A DNA stretch of 64,000 nt from Anaerohalosphaeraceae bacterium (GTDB lineage Bacteria; Planctomycetota; Phycisphaerae; Sedimentisphaerales; Anaerohalosphaeraceae). The notes under the pieces were generated by a model that was not told where the DNA came from, did no database searches, and saw nothing but the letters and a program-made list of their open reading frames with translations. Each line of letters begins with the position of its first letter. The first letter of the stretch is position 1. The stretch lies in the NCBI GenBank assembly GCA_050309605.1, contig JBNRMN010000034.1, forward strand, positions 172,554 through 236,553, given 5' to 3'. The translations under genes were made by a program, and so were the position numbers. Positions 51,013-60,900 of this stretch are shown here, in pieces.

Positions 51013-51083
51013 TAACTCAAACGGGTCGATGGCCAGTGTGAGAGATTAAAAATCAAAGATTAAAGAGCAAAATTTTCGGTCAG
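51013..51083. repeat. Dispersed intergenic element, copy 3 (internally deleted)
   Basis: Left ~60 nt match 33008-33069 and join directly to the right end 'ttcggtcag' seen at 38608-38616. Confidence 0.85.
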
Positions 51084-51241
51084 CTTGAGAAGCTAAATAG
51101 TTTGGTTATGGGATTTTATTGGGTTTGTTGGATTGCGGCTTGCTATCGCCTTGGAGATTGCGGGGGGATATTTTATGCTTTATTTGAGTTGAAAAACCTT
51201 CGACATGACGAAATATGACATTCAAACTTGAGGATTGTGGT

Positions 51242-54200
51242 ATGAAGACCATCTTTTATAGCGGACGGTTACCAATCGCGGCCTGTTCTTTGTTGCTGAT
51301 GTTAACCACAACGGCGAGCGCTGAGGTCGGCCCGAACTGGATTGAGCAATGGGGCATTCGCTGGACATTTGATAAGAATCTTTCGCTGGACGGTGCAGGC
51401 GATACATATCAATACGGCCAGTTCGTTAATGGCGATTATTGGGTTATCGGGCCTGTAAATATCATTAGTATTTCGCCTGAGACTGTTGTTTTATCTGAAG
51501 ACACACCTTGTCCAGATATTCCAACTCGAACAATGTCTGCGGGGCGTTCGATTAACGGGTCGATGTTAAATCCAGACCCTGGCGGGTCTCAGGGTTATGA
51601 TAGTGATGCGGGTGGTTACAGCGCTGAGCTTAATGTTGCTTTAGGCGTCAGCGAAAGTACCCCGCTTTCGATTACCACCGGTTCACTTGTTTCGACTGTC
51701 AGCAGGGTAAGTACAAATGAAGGGTCTGACGCGGCTCGTGTCTGGAAGGCATCTGTATTAACGGTTGTTTCTGAGGCTCCTGCAACAGGCAGTTTCAGGC
51801 CGCCTTATACCGGATCGGACAAGACATCTTATTTTAACGAAGACCAACTTGATTATTCGTTGTTATCTAATCTTCAGCCTGTTTCTGGAACACCTGTGCT
51901 TGCTGATTTAGCTCAAGACTTCAAAAAACTATGGCTCGACCATAAAAACGGCTGGAGCACCGGCCAAATACACCCCAAAGAGAATATGCCAACTTATGGC
52001 CGTGAATTGTCAAACAAAGTAGGTGTGGCGGCTCTTGCATTACATACACGGTGGAATGAAGATGATGAGCAGAGTAATGCACTCAAACGCGATTTAATGA
52101 TTGGATTTGTTCAGTATGGTATTGATAGCTTCGGTTTGATTAGCAATGGGGGCGAAAGCTTATGGATTGCTGATGGTGGGCACGGTGCAGGTCGGAAATG
52201 GCCTATTTTGTTCGCTGGATTGGTATTAAATGATGCGGATATGATGGCGATAGGCGAAAAGAGCGGCTCGTATAGATACACAGGTGAGTACGGTCCAGGA
52301 AACTTGCCGCCGGACCTTGTTAATTTCCAAGAAGATAACTCTACGTTTTACGTCAAAGAATCTGACGTTTATGAGCCTCCTTATGAGTTTTATTATGTTG
52401 GTCAAAAATATGTTAATCACGGTTCAGTTATTGTAACCAATGGCAGTAATGTAGTAGAAGGTGTTAATACGAGTTGGACAGCAGATAAGCTGGAAGGTAG
52501 GCTTTATTTTGCCGTGCGGTACGGTCCAGAGGTAGGATACTCCATGCGGGCTTTGTTGGGAACTGACCCGGAAGGAAGCAGGTATGATTGCCGGGGTGGG
52601 TATGACTTCCGAATTATTGGCTATGATATAGATAATCAACAGCTTTTCTTGGGCGATGAATCACTGAATCCTAAAAATTTTGATGGATACTCCGGTGAAT
52701 ATACTGAATATGTAATTTCGGAGCATGTCATTTTTGGACACGGCGATATATCGAAAAGGCACGATTTTGTAGAGTTTATTTCAGATGATGTTGGTATACC
52801 GTACTGGGGTATTCGCTATGCAAGACAGCCTCGAACAGCAGGCCGGCAATGGGACAGGGGTTATATTTGGATAGGGAAATCATTTGCCGGCTATGTGTTG
52901 GCCGCTCGGATTATGAATGCTGCTGTCAATGTAAAGTACGAAAGTACTGTTCAGCAACTTTGGAATCACGATGCCTTGTTTGATTATCTTGATCGTTATA
53001 TGACCTACCTTGATGGAGACTATGCACAGGGTTCGAAGTGGGTCTTTGATATGTGGGATGCTTATCGAGGAGATTATGGACCTATTTGGCCGGAGACCTC
53101 CGGTAAAAGAACTGTTCAACACAATTTGGGCGTTGAATATGACCTCCAACGAGGAACGGTCACACCGGATAGCGGGCAATATCCTACTGGCAGTGAAGTG
53201 GTACTTTATGCCCAAGCTAATGATGGCTATCGGTTTGTCGGCTGGGGAGGCGATGAGACTGGTATTGAGCCATCGGTTACCATTACGATGGATGAGGACA
53301 AGACAATTCTCGCACTTTTTGAGCCGATTGAGTATGCGCCCGTCGCACAGCAACTCGCTCATTTGCCGCTGACAGAGGCGGTTAATGGTCAGGTCAGTGA
53401 TTTGTCGGTCAATATGCATACGGCGACGGCGGAGGGCAATGTGACCTTTGAGTCCGGGATGGGGGCGCGGTTTGACGGCAGCGATGGTTATTTGCGCGTT
53501 GCCGATGCCGACAGTCTGGATATGCAGGAGCCAATGACCATCTCAGTGTGGATATGGCCGATGGGCGCCACGCCGTTTGCCAAGCTCGTCGTCAAGCCGT
53601 ATGCGGCCTATGCGTCCCCCTGGGAGATGTACGCCATCGACCTGGGCAGCAGCGGGGATACGCCTCGGTTTATTGTAACCGATGGAATCGCCGGCGGCCG
53701 CATCGCCGTCGCCGCCAACAGCGATGTGAAGCTGCAAACCGGACAGTGGTATCATCTCGTGGCGGTGTATGACGGCCAGTCGATTGCACTGTACCTGGAT
53801 GGCCGCCTCATCGCCCAACAAAGCGTCGATTTTGCCATCGGAACCAACAACCAGCCGCTGTGTATCGGCGGGCGGATGGGCTTGAATACGTTTGACGGGT
53901 ACATCAACGATGTGAAGATCTATCAAGGGGCGTTTACGCCTGAGCAGGTATCCGGCATCTTCTCTCGCGATCGAAACAGCGGGTTGGCCGGGCACTGGCT
54001 GTTTGAACGGCCTTATGTGGCCGAGGTGACGGATGTGGTCAGCGGGCAGAAGGCCGAATTGGTCGATCAGCCTGACTGGGGCGAAGGCTGGGCAGCGGAG
54101 TATTTTGTCCGGCTGACCGATGGCCGGCAGGCCGTACAGATTCCTATGGACGGCAGCACTGCCGAGGCCGGGACGATTGGGCTGTGGGTGCAGCCGGAAG

Positions 54201-54913
54201 CCGCAACGGATACAGAAACAGCCTCTGCCTTGCAGCTTTTGTTCGGGCATGCCGTCAACAGCGACGATAATCGGATCACGCTTTATACCGTTGAAAGCAC
54301 AGACGCCGAAGGCAACACGGTGCACAAGTTGGCGCTGGGGCTGGGCGATAATGCTGCACTTCAAGATAATATTGCACAGCTTGTGCCGGGGCAGCTTTAT
54401 CATGTTGCGTTGACGTGGGATGGGACAACGTATGCGGTATTTGTTGACGGTGTGCGGCGGGATGCGGGAACCTTCAGCGGGCTGACAGAGCTGGAAGCGT
54501 TTGCCGATGTCGGCAACTTCGGCACGGCCAGCGGACGGGCGTATGCGTCGGGTTTTCGGGGCCTTGTCGATGAGATACGGCTGTACCGGCGGGCGCTTGG
54601 GTCTGAGGAGATTGAGCGGCTGTTTTTGACCCATACGGTCAACGAAAACCGACCGATTGAGTTTGTGGTATCGGGGTATGATCAAGCGGGCAACCGGATA
54701 TCCTATACGGCTGCTAAACTGCCCGACGGTGCGACGTTTGACGAACAGACACAGACCTTCTCCTGGCGGCCCGGTCTGTATAATGCGGCGGGACACTATG
54801 AGGTGGTATTCGCTGCTGCTGACCAGCCGGAGCAAACGGTGACGATCGCCGTGCGGGATGTGGCCCTGGCGGGGTGGTATATCGCGTTTTTAGAACAGCA
54901 CGGACTGCATTGA
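51242..54913 (+). CDS. Large secreted protein: unknown N-terminal domain, InlB-B/bacterial repeat, two LamG domains, putative Ig domain
   Basis: Signal peptide; A.ANDGYRFVGWGGD; WYHLVAVYDG..LYLDG..FDGYINDVKIY; YHVALTWDG..FRGLVDEIRLYRRAL; LPDGATFD..TFSW.P. Confidence 0.9.
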   Translation: MKTIFYSGRLPIAACSLLLMLTTTASAEVGPNWIEQWGIRWTFDKNLSLDGAGDTYQYGQFVNGDYWVIGPVNIISISPETVVLSEDTPCPDIPTRTMSAGRSINGSMLNPDPGGSQGYDSDAGGYSAELNVALGVSESTPLSITTGSLVSTVSRVSTNEGSDAARVWKASVLTVVSEAPATGSFRPPYTGSDKTSYFNEDQLDYSLLSNLQPVSGTPVLADLAQDFKKLWLDHKNGWSTGQIHPKENMPTYGRELSNKVGVAALALHTRWNEDDEQSNALKRDLMIGFVQYGIDSFGLISNGGESLWIADGGHGAGRKWPILFAGLVLNDADMMAIGEKSGSYRYTGEYGPGNLPPDLVNFQEDNSTFYVKESDVYEPPYEFYYVGQKYVNHGSVIVTNGSNVVEGVNTSWTADKLEGRLYFAVRYGPEVGYSMRALLGTDPEGSRYDCRGGYDFRIIGYDIDNQQLFLGDESLNPKNFDGYSGEYTEYVISEHVIFGHGDISKRHDFVEFISDDVGIPYWGIRYARQPRTAGRQWDRGYIWIGKSFAGYVLAARIMNAAVNVKYESTVQQLWNHDALFDYLDRYMTYLDGDYAQGSKWVFDMWDAYRGDYGPIWPETSGKRTVQHNLGVEYDLQRGTVTPDSGQYPTGSEVVLYAQANDGYRFVGWGGDETGIEPSVTITMDEDKTILALFEPIEYAPVAQQLAHLPLTEAVNGQVSDLSVNMHTATAEGNVTFESGMGARFDGSDGYLRVADADSLDMQEPMTISVWIWPMGATPFAKLVVKPYAAYASPWEMYAIDLGSSGDTPRFIVTDGIAGGRIAVAANSDVKLQTGQWYHLVAVYDGQSIALYLDGRLIAQQSVDFAIGTNNQPLCIGGRMGLNTFDGYINDVKIYQGAFTPEQVSGIFSRDRNSGLAGHWLFERPYVAEVTDVVSGQKAELVDQPDWGEGWAAEYFVRLTDGRQAVQIPMDGSTAEAGTIGLWVQPEAATDTETASALQLLFGHAVNSDDNRITLYTVESTDAEGNTVHKLALGLGDNAALQDNIAQLVPGQLYHVALTWDGTTYAVFVDGVRRDAGTFSGLTELEAFADVGNFGTASGRAYASGFRGLVDEIRLYRRALGSEEIERLFLTHTVNENRPIEFVVSGYDQAGNRISYTAAKLPDGATFDEQTQTFSWRPGLYNAAGHYEVVFAAADQPEQTVTIAVRDVALAGWYIAFLEQHGLH

Positions 54914-54994
54914 TGTTTTAGCAGGACGACTGGACTAAACCACGAAGCCCGTCAAATAAAATGTGCTTCAAAACAACTTTTCGCCTTATATGGT

Positions 54995-57900
54995 TTAAGG
55001 TCCAGTGTTCATCCAGTACTCGGACAGTACGTGAAAGTCCGCCAGATCGACGCGGCCATCGCCATGGGGAGGCGGCGCCCAGTCGTAACAGGCATCATCT
55101 GTCAGCCAGGCGGCGGCGAATGCCGCCAGATCCGCGATGTCTATGGTTCCGGTCATCGTAACATCGGCCGGGCGGAACAGAATCGATTGCCATGTAAATG
55201 TGTCGGACGAATCGGGTGGATTGTCGTAGTCGATGCGTACCGTCAACAAACCGTCCGAGGTCGCCTGGCCGAGTGCGGGGATATAACAGAATCGTACGTC
55301 GTGAGACAGCACATTGAGATGGGCCGGCGCTGACTGCGGTATCAGCCGAAGATTGCGAATCGGTCTGTCGCAGCGATTATGCACCACGACCCTGTAGTCC
55401 ATCTCGTATTGGGTCCGTGAAATACGACGCTGGCCGACCAGAACCGCATGGTTAAACTCAACACTGACGCACTCATGAATCGACACGACAAACCCGCCCA
55501 GCACGGCGGCTTCGGCAAACAGACCGTCGGTATCGGATATTTGGCCGTCAGCCAGCGCAACACTGTACAAGCCGTTGAGACTGCCTTCCCACAGGCCGTT
55601 CGGCGGCAAGATGTGATACAGCACCGTCGTATCCTGTCCGTTGACGGCGATAATCTGAACAAATTGCACGACCAGCGGCTGTCCCTCAGGGTCGGCGACG
55701 AGGATATTGCCATCGCCCAGCGTGTCTGCGTCAAGCCCCGTTTGATCCCGATAGGTAACCGTCAAGGCCAGCGGTCCGGACGACAGCTCCGTCGGATCGA
55801 CGACACCGATCGCATTGACAACCGGCGGCTGATTGGCCGGCAGCTCGAAATACAGCGTGTAACTGCCGGAGCCTTCATCGTCAAACAGGTGCAGCAGCGC
55901 TTCGTCATACTCCGGCCGGTCTTCGGGATAGTGCCGCTTATAAGTCGTCCAGACATTGTCGCCGGGCAGGACCTTGCCGTCAGAGCGTACCGCTTGGGTC
56001 AATACATAATCCGGCCAGCCGGGGTTGTCCAGTCGAACATAGTAAAAGCCCGTCGGTGATTGCGGCAGCGTCAGGGTTACCTGTCCCGAATCGGAGGCTT
56101 CGCTCAGCCATGCCGGGCTGCCGATAAGGGCCGTTACCGGTTCAACCGTGCCGTCGCTGAGGTGCAGCGTATCGGGCAGGTCGTCAGCGTCGGGGAGGTC
56201 ATTGGTCAAAAAGTCCGGTATCCTATCCTCGTCGGGGCGGTCGGCCAAGACAGCGCGCACCAGTTCGTGGATGGATACCGACTGAATCAGCGACAGCCGC
56301 GGGTCGCCCAGCGTGTCGGTATGTGCAAATTCCGCCTCATAATCGACAAAATGCCCTTGCAGCGAACTCTGCATCCGCCAGACGACCGTTTTGGTTTGGT
56401 CGGGAGCGATATGTCCCAGCGGAACCCGCAGCGAGGGCGCATGCGGTTCGTCGTCCACCTGCGCGTCAAGCAGCTCAAAATCCAGCAGAATCTGCTTATC
56501 CGCTTCCTGCCGCACGATGGCCGGCTGCGCCGAATGGATGGTCATATTATATGCAGTGCCGTAACCTTCGTTGGACACCATCAGCCCCAACATAAACGGA
56601 ATCGACGGCTCGATTTGTTCGGTGAACGGATCGTCGCCATAGACATCACCCTCCAGAAAATAGCGAAGATGCAGTTCCGCATCAGGCCAGACCGTTATCG
56701 TATCGGGGATGATCGGAATCGACACCGCTCCGCCGTTGATCGTATAATGAATTGTGCCGCCGACATAGTAATAGGCCGCCTCCTGGGAAGCCGCGTCGAG
56801 TGTCGGCACCAGCAGCCACTGGGCGTCAAAGGCCTTGCCGGGATCGAGCCGCCCGCCGCCGGCCACATCCGAAACGCCGGTAAGATGGGGTGGATGAATC
56901 CCAAACAGCGTCGTCGCATCGCCGCCGTTCCTATCCACCACGGACACTTCGACCGCAATGTTTTCAATCGCGTCGATACCGCTGGTGTTCTGCATTTGCA
57001 GTTGCGCGGTAAAGCCGGTGCGGGTCAGCGTCGCCGTTTGCTGAATCTGCATCTGGACCTGTACGCACACCCCCTTGGCCTGCTCTTCCAGTTCCTCTTT
57101 GAGCATCTTTAGCGTCTCTTCGATGGCTTCATACAGATGGGTGTAGCCCATCGTCATATCCTCGGCGATGGCCTCTTGGGCAGCGATGTTTTTGGCCATT
57201 GCGATATCGGTGGCGATGAAGTCAGGATCGTCGCCCGGCTCCAGGTCCGTCGTCTGAAATTTACCCATTTGCCAATACATCTGCGTGCGATTCCACCGCT
57301 GACACAGTGCAGCGACGTTGTCGGGGACAATATGGCCGGGCAGCGGCATCGTCAACAGTGCCGTTTGTTCGGCTGCACTGACCAATACACCCTCCTGGCC
57401 GCCCTCTTCAATCGCCGCCGAGAATGCGGCAAAGAACTCGTCCTGCAAAGGTTGATCGTCGGGATGCCCCTCAAACCATATCGGATCGCCCAGGGCATAA
57501 TTTACCGCCTCGGCAACCGCCAACATCCGGTCGCGCTGTTCGACCAGCAGCGCCAGCAAATCCGCCGAGGCGGAAGGATCAGCGGGCATGTCGATGCCGG
57601 TCAGCATCTGAAACTCGGCGGCTGCGAGTTGGTAGGCAACCGGATCATTGGTATCACAGGCGTTGATGATGCCGTCCAGACACTTGGCCCAGGAATAGGC
57701 TGTTCCGACCACCGGAACCAGCTCAATCAGTTCTTCTGAGTAAACTTTCAGACACGTCCAAAAGGTCATTTCCTGACTGAAACATCCGTCGTAAAAACTC
57801 AGTACTTTCAGGATATCGCTCAAAATCGGTATTGAGCCGGAGACGCAATCGTAGATTGCAAATATCATATTTTGCGGACAGGGATCGCAGGTGTTGCCAA

Positions 57901-60900
57901 TGTCTCCGCCATAATCGATTTTCGGCAGTGTGATTAAAGGCATATCCGGCGAATCGCCGATAAAACGCGGCGCTCTGGGCGCGCTGGGAGCAAACGACAC
58001 CGCCAGGCCGCCTCCGCCTCCGCCCGATCCGGGCCACTGGGTTTTGGGCGTATAGTCGTCTTCATAGTTGCGTTCGGGGTTGTAGCCGCCGTCGCCGGGG
58101 CCGACGATGCCGCGAATGACATTGAGCAGATCGCAGGCCCAGTTGGCCATCCGAATGGGGACTTTCTTCCATTTTCTGTCCGGGCCGCACACGTAGGTAT
58201 AGTATGTGCCGCCCCGGACAGGATCGCAATTTCCGCCGAACGGCATCAATGTATCGTCGCCGAGCAATTGAACGTCCGACATTATTGGCATTGGCTGCAA
58301 ATTGTTATCCGTGACCATTGCCGGGATAACAACCGTCTGGCCCGGAGCAACCTGCCCGTTGAAGTCCGTCAGCAGTTCCACCCGATAACGCGGATGGTTG
58401 TCGAAAACCAGATGGACATCCTCAGCGGCAATCAGCCCGTGGTTGGTTACGGTAAAGTCCACTTGCATTCGGCCGTCCACCATAGCGGACAAATCCACAT
58501 TGGCCGGTTCGACCACTACCACCGGCGCCGGGACATTTGTTTCAAACGTCGTGTTCAGTGTGACGGTATAGACGTCCTGTATTGCGGTCGGCGTTACCGT
58601 CCAGGTGTACTTAACCAGTTCGCGCGACATAAACGCGGTAATCGTGGTCGTTACGCCCGGAGCGGCGTAGAGGGTTGAACGATAGCCGCTGTGTTCCGGT
58701 GCGGCCAGTTCCAGAATGTAATAGCCCTCGGCAATATCGTCCAGCAGCCATCGGCCGTCGGGCATCGGTTCGTTGACAAACAGCGCCTCGCGGGAAAAGG
58801 CGTCCCGCAGCGTTAGCCGGGCGTCGCTGACCAGCGGTGCACCTTGGGCGTAATAGGTAAATTCATCGACCGCCTTGACGTCCAGCCGGCCGATCCGGTC
58901 GCTGACGCAGTTAAACGTAAACGGAACCGTTCGGGTCATTCCCGTGCCGTGGACATACAGCGATCCCTGATACGGCCCCAGCGGCAGCGACTCATCGGGC
59001 GTCAGCAGCAGCGTTACCTCTGCTATATCGCCGGGTTGAAGGACGCCGATGACGACCGGGGTGGCCATGGACAGCCACGGCGCATCGGGAATCAGCACGC
59101 TCAATTCGGGCGTCGCCAGGCCGCCTTCGTTGGCCACTTCAAACGACACGGCCTGCTGCTGTCCGCGAACCATCCCCGCCTCCAGCGCTGCCGGCAAAAC
59201 CTTTACGTCAATGCTCAGCGGAATGACGCGCGTTGTGTACGCCAGCGAGGCGGTTGCGCCCTGGTCGCTGACAAACTGCACATCCACCACCGACAGGCGC
59301 ACGGACGCATCGACGGCGCGGAGCCGCAGTGCTGCGGTTTCCGTCGCGCCGCCGGCAATCACGGCCAGCGGTTCAAACTCCATTTCAATCGTCTCGGTGC
59401 CGCCGACCTTCACGGCTTCGATCTGCGTCAACGTCGTGTCGCCGGGATTGTTCAGCGATACCGTCGTTTCATACCATTCGCCTTCTGTCAGACGGGGACG
59501 TTGCACCGAATCGCTTGCGGTCAGCGCAACCAGCGTAAAGTTGTCCTGGGCCTCTTGAGGAACCGCCAGCGGATGGCCGGCGCTGATTCCGTAAAGTCCC
59601 GCCTCGTTGCCGACGGGTGTGAAGGTAAACGCAAACTGACCTTCTGCATCCGTCATCGGTTTGAAGACGCGAACGGTGTTTTTGAGCCGAACGTGCAGAT
59701 GCACCGTCACATTGGCCGTTGGCGTTCCGTCGGCCAGGTCATACGCCTGCCCGACAATCGGAATCGGCGACCCTGCCGGGGCCAGTTCAATGTCCGTCCA
59801 CGTCTCGGCGGCGTAGCCAATCGGAACAACGGCCTTGAACGTCTTTTCGTCCGTGCCATAGGTATTGCTCGCGCGCACCTGCACCGTATGCGGGCTGCCG
59901 ACAGCGGTGGGAACCGGCCAACTGATCGCGCCGGTGGCCGCGTCAATCGTCATCCCCGTCGGCCCTTGCGTCAGCGCGAATGTAACCGGTGCTTGTCCGG
60001 CCAGCAACTGGGCCGCCGGGCCGGCATACGGCCTGTTTTCGACCATCTGAACATCCGACGCATCGGCCAGGACGGGCTTTGAATGGATCGTCAGGGCAAA
60101 GGTCTCGGTATCGCTGCCGGCACAATTCTGTGCCTGCAGCGTAATGGTATGCGGCACATCGGAGGCCACCGGCGACGGCCAGACGATCTGGCCGGTGGCC
60201 GCCTGAATAGTCATCCCCGCCGGGGCCTCTGCCAGCGACCAGGTCACATGCGTGCCCTGCATCAGCGTCGGCAGCGGCGCGATGTATGAGGTTGCGTTCC
60301 CGGCGAGCTTGTCGCCATAGGCGGCGATGACCGGCGGCTGCACGACCGTAATCGGCCAGCTTTGCGTGTGCGAGCCGACGACGTTTTCCGCCTTAAGCGT
60401 TACGGTGTGCGGCGAACCGGCATAAGTTGCCGACGGCCAACTGACCGCGCCGGTGGCCGGGTCAACCGTCATCCCCGCGGGTGCTGCGACAAGACTCCAC
60501 TCAACTGGCGGGCTGCCTTGGAACAAGCCGGGTGCAGCGGCCGCATACGGCGCATGTTCAGCCGTCAGGGCCTCGGCAATCGGTCGAATCAGAGGGGCCC
60601 GCAGGACGGTCAAGATAAATGTGTTCTGGTCAGCACCGACGGCGTTGGCGGCACGCAGGGTAACGGTATAAGGACTATAGTTGCCATTGGCATACGGCAG
60701 TGTCAACTGCCCGTTCGCGTCGATACTCATTCCCAGCGGCCCTGATATGACTGTATAGACAACAGGCCCTGTTCCCTGTATCAAAGAAATCTGTCGCGAA
60801 AAGGACTGGCCTTCGTGAACGGTCTGATGGTCCAAATCGGCCAGTACCGGCGGCAGCATCACCCGGATCGTGAATGATTGGGTATGACTGCCCATTGTGT

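Noticed and set aside
50403..51083. CRISPR array
   Set aside because: No constant repeat with unique spacers and no cas genes; these are short tandem heptamers.
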